The position numbers and the translations under genes are program-made. The notes under the pieces are model-generated. The model was not told the origin of the DNA and made no database searches. It was given only the letters and a program-made list of their open reading frames with translations. Shown piece by piece: positions 17,509-27,000 of a stretch of 64,000 nt of DNA. Position 1 is the stretch's first letter. Every line of letters starts with the position of its first letter. Source of the stretch: a virus; the IMG/VR virus record IMGVR_UViG_3300045988_174371, positions 160,001 through 224,000 of that record; one strand, 5' to 3'.

Positions 17509-18357
17509 CTATAGCCCAGCGAGGTACCTGTGGTTCGCTTGCTGGTCGGGTGTTGCGGAGCGGGCACCCCTGCGAGTGGGTGTTTTGCGTGGTGGTTCAA
17601 TAATGTTTCCCTCAAAGAGGGTTGCAATCATGGGCTGAACCTCACGCGGGAGTCGTTTGAGCCATAGTTCAAACGGTCTGGGTGAAACAAGGATGACAGC
17701 TGTCTCATTCTCCGCCCAATGCCTAAAGAGCATAGCTAGAGTAGCTGATTCGGTGGGGCTATATGCGTCCACATCGGCGGCAGAGAAAAGAACTACGTCG
17801 CTTTTAGTTGCACCAAGGTTGGCGTTCTCCTGAGTACCTGTAAAGCCTGAGCGGTTCTTGGTTAGAAGCTCGCTCTCATCTACCTTTACGAAGCGGGAGG
17901 CGATAAGTAGCCCTCGCGTAATGTATCGCATAACGACAGCCCATGCGTGTACGTTTGCGTCTACCATCACATCGGGGGTATGGATGAATAGGGGTACCCG
18001 TTTGTTGGGGTTTCTGTCGAGGGCTTCCATAAGTTTCTTAGCAAGCCCTGAAACGCCGGGGTTATCGCTGTTTGCCAGTAGGGGCATCTTGCTCTTGCCT
18101 CGGTAGAGCTTGGGGATAATCTCCGTCTCAAACTTACGCAGTGTTGCCTCAATAAGCTCTTGGTTATTCACCTCAATGCGTTTGCCGCCGCGCTCCCCCA
18201 TCTCAGTGACGACACTATTTAGCGCGTCATAGTCGATGGTGTTGTGCTTGTAGATGGGCTTCCCTAGAGCTTCGGGTTGCTGAGCTGAGTTCTTCAGCCC
18301 GGATGCCAGCGAGTCTGTCAGCTCTTGCAGGCTGAGTTTAGGTTTCCCAATCGCCAT
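17509..18357 (-). CDS. DnaA/Hda/DnaC-like AAA+ module with degenerate Walker motifs (possible helicase-loader-like protein)
   Basis: 282 aa. KRVPLFIHTPDVMVDANVHAWAV replaces the P-loop, DVVLFSAADVD replaces Walker B, and ESATLAMLFRHWAENETAVILVSPRPFELW resembles the DnaA box VII-VIII region. GGAGG RBS. Confidence 0.3.
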   Translation of the reverse strand: MAIGKPKLSLQELTDSLASGLKNSAQQPEALGKPIYKHNTIDYDALNSVVTEMGERGGKRIEVNNQELIEATLRKFETEIIPKLYRGKSKMPLLANSDNPGVSGLAKKLMEALDRNPNKRVPLFIHTPDVMVDANVHAWAVVMRYITRGLLIASRFVKVDESELLTKNRSGFTGTQENANLGATKSDVVLFSAADVDAYSPTESATLAMLFRHWAENETAVILVSPRPFELWLKRLPREVQPMIATLFEGNIIEPPRKTPTRRGARSATPDQQANHRYLAGL

Positions 18358-18697
18358 ATGTCACCTCCCTCTCACGTTTCTTCAAGTAGTCGTCTTGGAA
18401 CTTCTTGTAGGTGTGTTCGGTGACGAGCACACCTTTTTCGTACATGCTTTTAAGGATAGCGCAAAAGTCTTCAGGATTCACCTCATTTTGAGGCAGTATT
18501 TCCTTTTCGAAGATACGAAATACCGTTCCGAAGACACGCCCATGCCCCCACCTGTTGAAGTATGCAGGATGCTCTGCTTGGGGTCTAATCCTATCCGCAT
18601 AGACGGTTTTGAAAATAGCTAGGCGCTGTTCAGGGGTACGATACTTAGGGTCATCCAGCTCTTTAATGGGCTGGTAATCCAAGCCGGGCACTAGCAT
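18338..18697 (-). CDS. hypothetical protein
   Basis: 119-aa ORF between dnaB and the AAA+-like gene; 20-nt overlap with the latter. Confidence 0.45.
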   Translation of the reverse strand: MLVPGLDYQPIKELDDPKYRTPEQRLAIFKTVYADRIRPQAEHPAYFNRWGHGRVFGTVFRIFEKEILPQNEVNPEDFCAILKSMYEKGVLVTEHTYKKFQDDYLKKREREVTYGDWET

Positions 18698-18719
18698 TAC
18701 GTCGCTCCTTTCCTAATCG

Positions 18720-20156
18720 TTAGTAGTCGTTAATGCTGTATGACATTGACGGTTCGATAGCCGCCGGGTTAGCAATGTCTTCACGCCGCTGAGCCGCCAG
18801 AATCTCATTCATATCTTCAGCGAAGAAACAAATATTGAGAGCAGTATCTACAGGGATAGTGATGTCTGCGGGGCCTGAACGGTTCTTAAGGATGAGCATG
18901 TCGGTAGTGTCCGGCATTTCTTCACGGTCGCGGTGGAGCGCGATGAGGTGGTTAGCCGCCTGAAAGATAGCGTCAGAACCTCGGATGCTGGAAGCTGTGG
19001 GTGGCATCTCCCTTTCATTGGTTGTAGGACGTGCCAGCTGGCAGGTTGCCACGACGGGTACACCAAGCTCCATAGCTAGGAATTTCAGCTGATAGGTGAC
19101 GTAAGCCAAGTTATCCTGCGTAGTGCCGTTATCCTTGTCAGGCTTCACAATCTGGATGTAGTCTACAACGATAACATCTAGACCATCTTCGGACTCAGCC
19201 AGCTCTTTAGCTTTCTGGCTAATCTCCGCAACATTGATACCACTTTTCTCAACGGTGCGGAATTTCCAGTGCGAAATTTTAGGCTTGGCGGCATCAAAGA
19301 CTTCCTGCATTTGAGGGGTCAAGCCTTCTTCCTTATGGAAGTCAGGGCGGGGGATGCCGTACCTACATGAGAGGATGTTCTTCATAATTTCGGTGGAACC
19401 CATCTCGATTGAGAAGAACTGTACGCTGAGACCCGCCTCGCATAGTGGCGCGATGATGTTACAGCAGAACGTCGTCTTGCCGATTGCTGGTCGGGCGGCG
19501 ACCACCGTTAGGTTACCCGGCTGTAGACCGCCAATGTATTTGCTTAGACGAGGGAAGTTTCTAAGCGGGATACCTAGTTGCTTCTCCCCATTCTTAATGT
19601 CGTCCAGCTCTTTGGAGAGTTGTTCCATAATCTCTGCCGCCGTGTGGGTGTAATCATCCACGTTTGAGGAGTATGACACTCTGAGGTCTTGGAGCCCCTG
19701 AATAGCGTTCTCTGCGTAGTTCTGAAGTTCACTGTACGGCACAGATTCGACAGTGTTGTAGAAGCGGCTAGAGAACTCCTGCATCGCTGAATGGAACGCG
19801 GCGGCATTAAGCGTCTCATGGATGATAGAAATGTTGTTATGTTCGACAATCGCTTCTTCCCCCATGTCCACAAGGTGAGCGATGCCTTCTTCGCCACCAA
19901 CAGCTTTATACCCTTCAGCATCATTGTTCTGTAGCCAAAGAGCGATGTCTGAGCCTGTAGGGGGGTTTCCGCCATCCTCAAGAATCTGTTTAATCGCGGC
20001 ACTAATAGGCTTTAGGGAGGGCTCCTGTATGGCTTTGGGGTGAACAATGTTCACTAGTGCCCGCGCATGGTTCTCAGGGTCAGCTAGGGTGACTCCAATA
20101 ACCCAGTGCTGGAGCTCCACGTACCTTTTCTGTAGGTCATTACCTTGGCTACGCAT
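18720..20156 (-). CDS. dnaB: replicative DNA helicase DnaB
   Basis: 478 aa. VVAARPAIGKTTF (Walker A), VIVVDYIQIV, QLARP, RGSDAIFQAANHLIALHR. Confidence 0.9.
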   Translation of the reverse strand: MRSQGNDLQKRYVELQHWVIGVTLADPENHARALVNIVHPKAIQEPSLKPISAAIKQILEDGGNPPTGSDIALWLQNNDAEGYKAVGGEEGIAHLVDMGEEAIVEHNNISIIHETLNAAAFHSAMQEFSSRFYNTVESVPYSELQNYAENAIQGLQDLRVSYSSNVDDYTHTAAEIMEQLSKELDDIKNGEKQLGIPLRNFPRLSKYIGGLQPGNLTVVAARPAIGKTTFCCNIIAPLCEAGLSVQFFSIEMGSTEIMKNILSCRYGIPRPDFHKEEGLTPQMQEVFDAAKPKISHWKFRTVEKSGINVAEISQKAKELAESEDGLDVIVVDYIQIVKPDKDNGTTQDNLAYVTYQLKFLAMELGVPVVATCQLARPTTNEREMPPTASSIRGSDAIFQAANHLIALHRDREEMPDTTDMLILKNRSGPADITIPVDTALNICFFAEDMNEILAAQRREDIANPAAIEPSMSYSINDY

Positions 20157-20182
20157 CTTATCCTTTAGCGGTCGGTCGTATC

Positions 20183-20233
20183 TTATCTAGCAGAGACAAG
20201 TCTAGCACATGACTTATGGTGCCATGTGCTAGA
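20183..20233 (-). promoter_or_regulatory. terminator hairpin plus extended -10-like motif upstream of dnaB
   Basis: 11-bp stem TCTAGCACATG / CATGTGCTAGA (20201-20211, 20223-20233). The minus strand then reads CTTGTCTCTGCTAGATAAGA, ~30 nt before ATG 20156. Confidence 0.45.
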
Positions 20234-20242
20234 TTTGGGGTA

Positions 20243-21175
20243 CTAATTTGGGAGCTCAATACTTGGCATTTCGAACCCGTTGCCGCCTTCTTCAGCTATC
20301 TTGTAGAGTTCATGTAGCTCTGCTACCGTGGTGACGTGACCAATTTCAATGCCTCCGTAGTTGTATCGGGAGGGGTTTGTGTACCAGTACCAGGGAAGCT
20401 TCTTGCCGTATTTCTTCGCGTACTTTCGCGTGTTCAAAAGTAGTAGGAGTTGTTGTGCGGCAAGCTGGGTGTTGTACCTGTGTTCTACCTCGGTGACGGA
20501 TGTTTCGAGGGGGTTTTCCTCGGCATCTAGCGTCTCGGGGAAGAAGATTGAGGCGAAGTCTCGGTATTTGACGGTATCCTCGGTGACGGGGCCGATAGCT
20601 TCAAGTACTCTGTTAATTGTGATGCGGAGCGCTTGAATGTCTTCAGTGTCCCCTCTACCATCCCAGGGGAGGTTCCTCCAAGTGTGGGGGGACAATGCCA
20701 TGAAGAGGTTATGTGCCGTGCAAGGGGGGTTCTTATCTGCGGGCAGGTCAGCCATATACTCCAGTACACTGATGGATTTCTTTGTGAGCTTCTTGAGCGC
20801 TCGGCGGGAATGTTTCAGCCTTTGGTGGAATAGTCTGCGGTCTGACTCTAGGATGTATTCGACAAGGTGGGTGTCGCCGTAGCTACCTACTGCGCCGTTG
20901 ATGAGCTTAACCTTGAACTGACGGGCGGGGGTATGGATAGGGAAGAGGTGGAGGATGGGTTGGATGTTATTGTCATCATCGAGTATCCAGTCGCCTTTTT
21001 CCAGGTCGCCTACGGTGACGACTTCGGTGGACTTATGAATCTCATACTTTTGGGGTAGCTTATTCAGCTCTTCCCAGGTGATGCGTGGCGGCTTACTTGC
21101 GTCGCTATTCTCTGTAGCGGAGGGCTCTTCAGGGGTGGCGGTAGTGGTGGTTGGGTTAGTGTTTTCGTGGCTCAT
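20243..21175 (-). CDS. hypothetical protein with Hint/intein-like N-terminal segment
   Basis: 310 aa. VVTVGDLEKGDWILDDDNNIQPILHLF...FKVKLINGAVGSYGDTHLVEY resembles the Hint beta-strand pattern. No N-terminal nucleophile. Confidence 0.25.
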   Translation of the reverse strand: MSHENTNPTTTTATPEEPSATENSDASKPPRITWEELNKLPQKYEIHKSTEVVTVGDLEKGDWILDDDNNIQPILHLFPIHTPARQFKVKLINGAVGSYGDTHLVEYILESDRRLFHQRLKHSRRALKKLTKKSISVLEYMADLPADKNPPCTAHNLFMALSPHTWRNLPWDGRGDTEDIQALRITINRVLEAIGPVTEDTVKYRDFASIFFPETLDAEENPLETSVTEVEHRYNTQLAAQQLLLLLNTRKYAKKYGKKLPWYWYTNPSRYNYGGIEIGHVTTVAELHELYKIAEEGGNGFEMPSIELPN

Positions 21176-21193
21176 CGTGTGACTTCCCTGTGG

Positions 21194-22240
21194 TTAGTAG
21201 TCGCCGGTGTTGATGGTGGACAAGAAACTGTCCCACACCTCACGGTTATGGTTCTTCGTCTCTTGAATTTGCAGTGCTTTGAGTGAGATGCCGTGCCCTT
21301 TGCGGGTGTAGAGGGATGCGAGCTGGAAGGTTCCTTTTTTCTGGCTCCACACCGGCTCGTACCCTAGTGGGTATCTTCCTGCGATGGTGTCAATGACACG
21401 CACTGGTTTGCCTGTCGAGTCTTGCACTAGCGCGTCCATAACCTCGTGTATGTACGCCTTATTGCTTTCGCCTAGGAATATTGCGCGTGAGAGCATCTTC
21501 ACGAAGGTATCGGCTTTACGGGCTTCCCCTAGCACGATAAAGATGACTGGTAGGTGCATTGTACCACCATTGTCAGCGACATACTCGACTAGTTCGGGGT
21601 GATGTACGGCTAGGTTCTCCGCCTGCTCGTCTGTTAGCCAGATGAGCATGAGGTCATAATGCCTATTGATAGGGGCTGTAGCGCCTTGTGCCCGGCTCCT
21701 ATCAGCTATCTGGCGTATTGCATGGGCGATGTGCTTTAGCACGTCCACTTCTCGGTTTGCGGCTTCGGTATAGTAGGTGTTGCTGACTATTGGGCGAGGA
21801 AAATCTCTGCGTTTAAACTCGCCAGTTGGGGTGCAATCAACGATTCGCACAGGTGCTTGCCAGACACTAGCGCCATGCCTTGCGTCAGTGTCATAGGTAA
21901 GGTTCCCCATCATTTCCAGCAGTTGCTCTTCCTCGCCATCAATGAAGATGCCATAGTGAGGGTCAATGCTTGGGGTGAAGATGCTTGCTCCACCCCAAGA
22001 GGACTTTGCCACTTCTACCCCAAACCCGGCAGGCGCGACTTTCCCGGTGTTGATGCGCAGGTCAAGGTCTAGCGCACTGCCGGGGATGTGGGTGTACTTC
22101 TTCGGTGGTTTAGGCTTGCGGCGTTGTTTCACCGTGAAGGTGCGGTTGCCGATAGTGATTACTTCACCCGGCTTCACCTTCTTCTTCGGGTTGCCCCTGT
22201 GACCATTTGGGTTGGGGACGTTCTGGGTTATCTGGGTCAT
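21194..22240 (-). CDS. FtsK/SpoIIIE-like ATPase, Walker B side (separate ORF or frameshifted continuation of 22164-23351)
   Basis: HYDLMLIWLTDEQ (Walker B-like), MHLPVIFIVLGEARKAD and RAIFLGESNKAYIHEVMD follow the FtsK motor motif order. ATG 22240 has GGAG 10 nt upstream. The track ORF extends to TTG 22258. Confidence 0.35.
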   Translation of the reverse strand: MTQITQNVPNPNGHRGNPKKKVKPGEVITIGNRTFTVKQRRKPKPPKKYTHIPGSALDLDLRINTGKVAPAGFGVEVAKSSWGGASIFTPSIDPHYGIFIDGEEEQLLEMMGNLTYDTDARHGASVWQAPVRIVDCTPTGEFKRRDFPRPIVSNTYYTEAANREVDVLKHIAHAIRQIADRSRAQGATAPINRHYDLMLIWLTDEQAENLAVHHPELVEYVADNGGTMHLPVIFIVLGEARKADTFVKMLSRAIFLGESNKAYIHEVMDALVQDSTGKPVRVIDTIAGRYPLGYEPVWSQKKGTFQLASLYTRKGHGISLKALQIQETKNHNREVWDSFLSTINTGDY

Positions 22241-23351
22241 AAGGCATGTTCTCCACAATGGTCTTTACGCCGTCGATGTATACGTAGAACTGGGTGCGCT
22301 CGATGAGGTCGGTAATTGCTTGCGCCTTACCGGAACCAGTGGGACCCATAATGAGAACCATTGGCGTTGGCGGAGCAATCATGATTAGACCATGCTTACT
22401 CGCGTACTTCTCAGCTTCACCGGACACATTTACGAAGATGACCTGAACCATAGTCTCGCTACCCTCCTTAATGGGTAGCTGTGCGCCGCCAGAGTCACCC
22501 AAACCGATAGCGAATGCGCCAGACTCGATGCCGGGAGCGAAGATATAGTACGGGTCGAAAGTTGCCATGCGAGGCATGGGCGGCTTCGCGCGGACTCTGA
22601 ATATGCCGTCCTTCTGGTCGATAGGGTTCTTGCCGTCTTCGTCATCTAGGACATAGGTGCGGGTGTTAGTTAGAACCGCGTTCAAGTTCTTGAGGAGCGC
22701 CTGGTCGGTACCTTCCGTGAAGCCGGAGCTAATGTCGAAGGTTATTCTGGTTGGCTCTAGGTTCGTCTCATCATCCCAAGATATGATAGTCCAACAGGTA
22801 GGTGCCTTATCTTTAGGGATTTTAAGTTTCTTCTCAGCCGCGTCAGTAAGTTTCTGGTTCACTTTAGCTCGTTCACCCAAGAACCATTTAGGCGAGATGA
22901 GCGACACGATTACATAGATACCTAGGAAGATAAAAGATGCGACGATAAGCGGGTATGGGATTGGTGTAAGTGGCGCAACAAAAATAGCTATCGCACCGAG
23001 AAGAAAAGCCCCTAGCGTAACCATTCGTCGTTGTACTTGTGGCAACTCGAAGGTATCCTGAGGCTCTTCTTTTCCCTCTTCCTCACTATCAGGCTTAGGC
23101 ATCATCTTCTGAATCAGCGGGTGGATTTTAAAAGCGACGTGACGCTTGTCGCTATTGGCGTATTTCAGTCGCTCTTTCCACACTGGACGCACAGGCTTGT
23201 ACACCTGCTGACTGTCCTTTTTCAGGTTCTTGTTCGCAAGAAGGACCTTGTACTCACGACTAGTATCCCACCGCTTCAAGATGAAAGATACGGTGGGTAG
23301 GATTAGCAAATATATGCATACTAGAATCGTTGGTACAGTGTAATTTCCCAT
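22164..23351 (-). CDS. membrane-anchored FtsK/SpoIIIE (TraB-like) ATPase, Walker A side
   Basis: N-terminal TM helices, then PMVLIMGPTGSGKAQA. Start moved to ATG 23351 (MGNYTVP) because the track's TTG at 23381 lies inside the upstream hairpin. Confidence 0.5.
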   Translation of the reverse strand: MGNYTVPTILVCIYLLILPTVSFILKRWDTSREYKVLLANKNLKKDSQQVYKPVRPVWKERLKYANSDKRHVAFKIHPLIQKMMPKPDSEEEGKEEPQDTFELPQVQRRMVTLGAFLLGAIAIFVAPLTPIPYPLIVASFIFLGIYVIVSLISPKWFLGERAKVNQKLTDAAEKKLKIPKDKAPTCWTIISWDDETNLEPTRITFDISSGFTEGTDQALLKNLNAVLTNTRTYVLDDEDGKNPIDQKDGIFRVRAKPPMPRMATFDPYYIFAPGIESGAFAIGLGDSGGAQLPIKEGSETMVQVIFVNVSGEAEKYASKHGLIMIAPPTPMVLIMGPTGSGKAQAITDLIERTQFYVYIDGVKTIVENMPYDPDNPERPQPKWSQGQPEEEGEAG

Positions 23352-23357
23352 AGAGTA

Positions 23358-23408
23358 GATATAGCAAGCCCCGGCAACCAAGTTTTCTGGTTTGCCGGGG
23401 CTTGCTAT
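23358..23408 (-). promoter_or_regulatory. terminator hairpin fused to extended -10-like motif (near-leaderless start)
   Basis: 17-bp stem ATAGCAAGCCCCGGCAA / TTGCCGGGGCTTGCTAT (23361-23377, 23392-23408). Minus strand reads TGCTATATC, then 6 nt, then ATG 23351. Confidence 0.5.
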
Positions 23409-23434
23409 CTATGGTATCCGTCTAAACATATGGC

Positions 23435-23986
23435 TTAGAACGGAGGGGCGTCTTCACCTACAGGGGCTCCCCACTGCTCATTGTAGTTAGGCTGAGGCTG
23501 TGCCTGCTGGTAGCCACCTGCCTGCTGGTACTGAGCTTGGTTCTGGTAGCCACCTGCCCCCTGCTGATACTGACCCTGTGCCGCCTGCTGGTAGCCACCT
23601 GCCTGCTGTGCATTAAGGGCAACGTTTACAGTCTGGCGACGGTTGAGGCGGGGCGCGATGAGTGCGTTCTCAAGGTTGTAGCTTCGCCCGATAGTGCCGG
23701 GGTTCTTCTTGCTCTCGTACTCGTTAATCACCAAGTCGCCCATAAGGATAACGGAGAGACCCTTCTGGGTAAAGGTCTTGGCGACTAGTTCCGCGTCGTC
23801 GTCCCAGAAGGTTGCGGTGTAGAACTGGGATACACCCTTGTCCTTCCATACGCCGTTGTCCTTAGTGCCAGGGGTAGTTGCGACGGTGACATCCGCAACG
23901 CGCCTGCCGTCGGGAAGAGTTCGCAGTGTTGCAGGGTTCGTAGTGTTGCCGTTGATGGTGACGGAGGGTGCGCTGAAAAACTTCAT
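23435..23986 (-). CDS. ssb: single-stranded DNA-binding protein
   Basis: 183 aa. OB-fold N-terminus, G/Q/Y-rich linker (GGYQQ repeats), acidic tip GEDAPPF. Confidence 0.9.
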   Translation of the reverse strand: MKFFSAPSVTINGNTTNPATLRTLPDGRRVADVTVATTPGTKDNGVWKDKGVSQFYTATFWDDDAELVAKTFTQKGLSVILMGDLVINEYESKKNPGTIGRSYNLENALIAPRLNRRQTVNVALNAQQAGGYQQAAQGQYQQGAGGYQNQAQYQQAGGYQQAQPQPNYNEQWGAPVGEDAPPF

Positions 23987-24065
23987 CTGAAGCCTCTTTC
24001 TGTAGTCGTAATGTCCTTAACTAGTGTAGCGTATTGGTGCCGGGTGGTCTAACGAGTTTCGGCTT

Positions 24066-27000
24066 TTATTTGCTTTGCTCATCGTCGTTACCGCGCTTGG
24101 CGTTGGGGTCTAGCTTCCACCAAGGACTATAGCCGTCGCTGGTGCGAACAATGTCATTGAGCGTTTCTTCCGGGGTGCGGTTAATCTTGTACCCTAGCTC
24201 ATTCTCAATGTACTTGTGAATAGCAAGCCCCCAATGTCGGTGCATCTTTTCGAAGTTGTCACTGTCGCGAGCAACATTGAACGCATCAACGTTGAAGTAT
24301 GGCTTAAATGCTTCGGGTAGCTCATAGACGATGACGCTCTGCTGTCGCTCGTCTAGTGCGCTTCGGTGATGCCTTGCCATACTGTCTGCCGCCGCTGTGG
24401 TTAGCGCCTTGTAAGCGGTTAATGCGTCTGCTTCGCTCTTGACGTTCTCACGCTGAAGCTCAGGCTGTGCTAGAGCCATTGTGAGGTATGTGTCCTTGAT
24501 AGGCTTCATGCGCGGCTTAGCTTTCTTCTCGTCAGCCTTATTCTTGATAGGCTTAAGCAGTTCGCTATCCGGTACGAGCCCGTCTGACTTGCACCTCTGG
24601 CAGTACATGCGGTTAGTGAGCGAGTCTACAAACATGTTTATTTCACCGTGTTTGTAGGTGCGCTTACAGTTGGAGCATACTAGCAGGTCTGGTTCATCCG
24701 CAGTAGGCGTGTGTCCTTGCGGTTTGAGCAGCCTGCTGGGAGCGAACTCGTTCGCCTTATTGGATGCGCGGGTGGTGAAGCGACCGAACTTGGACTCGTT
24801 GGCAATGTCTCGCTTCTTGTCGGCGGCGGCGCTACTAGCCGCCTTGAGGAAGGAGCCACCGGCACGTTTCGCAGTCACACCGCTAACAACGGATGCGGTA
24901 CCGATACCTGTTACACGTTTGGTAGCCAACCCAATCCTGTTGAGTACACCAACAGGCTTGGACACAAGACCGCCCGCGTAGGTCTCTGCAAGAGCCAGAA
25001 CGCGGTTCTTCATCTTCCACAAAGCGAAAGACAGGAGAGCCAACACGACAACCCCCCACCAGAAACCGGAGCTTGCCATAATCTTGTAGCCCCACAGCAC
25101 GAATACGACCGATAGGGTCAGCAGTAGACCTAGTGCTATTCGTGCGAAATACAGGTAGAGTGCCATCTTCCCGTATTTCTTGGCGAAGCTAATACCTTGG
25201 TGAGTTGAGGTCATCAAGGCGATTGCGGCGAAGGGAACGATGAGGATGTACAGCTGTAGTACTACGCTAAGGATTGCGGTCAGTAGCGCGAGGATACCGG
25301 GGACAGTGAGCGCAATAAGAGCGACGATGAGGGAAGATAGACCCACTCCAATTCGTGCACCACTTGAAGCGCCTACCCAGGTGTTCCAAGACTCAAGAGG
25401 CTTGGAGTTCATGTCCTGCGCGCCGCGAGTAATCTCTACTGCTGAGCTGGAGTTACCAGTGCTCACAGCGGCGGCATGAGGGGAAAGTCCGTCTTTCTCC
25501 TTGGTTACGTCAATATTGCGTTCTTTAAGCCACGCTTGAGGGTCAGTAACGTTGTCCTGGTTACCCCAGTCGGTGCCAGGGCGGACTTCGAAGTGAAGGT
25601 GGCAACCGTATGCGTGTCCGGTGTCGCCGCTGGAGGCAATTTCTTGTCCAGCCTTAACCTCGTCGCCAACCTTGACGCGCAGAGAGCCATCTTGCATGTG
25701 CCAGTACATCGTGCTAACGCCGTCATGCTGGATAATGATACCGTTTGCCCCGTCAGATGCTTTCTGTGCAAACACAACTTTACCGTTACCAGCGGCATAG
25801 ATAGGTGCCCCGCACTGTGCACCAAAGTCTATACCCTTGTGTACGTCACCGAGCTCTGGGCGGTTTCCATAGGGTGAAGTCATTGCGGCTTCGGCAGGTC
25901 GCGCCCATTCGCCATTGGAAACATTGCTTGGCAGGTCGCGAGCTTGCGGAACCTTAATCTCAACGTCTTTCTCGTTGTAGTTGCTGAGGGCATCTACAAC
26001 GCGCCACCAGTCAGTAGAGACACCTTGGGCTTCACGTGACTTACCGGCGGTCTCGTTGCCGGTTTGCAAGTGATTGGTGGTTTGGGTAGAGAGCTGATAA
26101 ATAGCCCAGTTGTTCAGGGTGGTTTCCGCGCCCATTGGGACAGATGCGTCCCCTACCCATTTACCGTTACTGTTGCCTAGCTTCTTGCCATCTTTCGCCC
26201 ATTCGGGTATGTCTTTACCCTCAGCCCAGAGATTATTCGGGTTCGTGCCGAACTGTCCCTGTACCCAGGGGTCAAACACGAACAGTTTCGTGAAGGTACA
26301 GGATAGCTGAGAGGCTACAATTTCACTGTAGTTCTCACTGACAACTTGAGCTACCTCGTCACCGATTACCTTTACAGGGTCTTTACCATCTTCCTTGGTA
26401 GCCTTGTAGGTGCTCTTCTTATTACCAACTTCAGTTGAACACCATTCACCCATGCTGGTAAGCTCTTCCGTGGTCGCCTTGATGGTGATGCTTTGAATCC
26501 ACGCGGCGGCACGGTTTGGTAGAGGTAGAAGCTTGGGTGATAGCGCAATAAACGACACCGCAAACAAGCCGGTAAAGAGCGCAATGGAGAAGCGCTTCCA
26601 CTTCTCCCTAGCCTGGTCGCCGGTCACGATACCCTTCACTAGGAACAGTAGACCACCGAGCACGATAAGTGAAGCGAGGGGGATAAGGAAATTATCCTGA
26701 AGGAAGCGGAGGATGCCGCCTAGTGCGTCGGGGTTGTTGCCTACAAGGATGTTAGTTAGACCCATCAGCTTAGCAATGTCCTTGAAGCTGAGGACAAGTA
26801 GGGCGAGGAAGAATCCGAGTACCCAGGTGGTTGCGCCAAGGAGAATGTTGCCAATGTAGGTACCTGCGGCAGATGCGTATCGGACACCCTGACCGTTGGC
26901 GTAAATCTGAGTTCGCGGGTCGAGGCTGGAGCTTGCCCTATCCCAGGTTGCGGTGGGGTCGAGGCGAGTCTCATAATAATGGTTCGCCTTCGGGTCTTTA

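Noticed and set aside
23500-23620. DNA repeats CTGGTAGCCACCTGCC x3 inside ssb as a possible independent repeat element
   Set aside because: They encode the GGYQQ-type low-complexity linker typical of SSB C-terminal regions. They are a coding feature, not a separate element.
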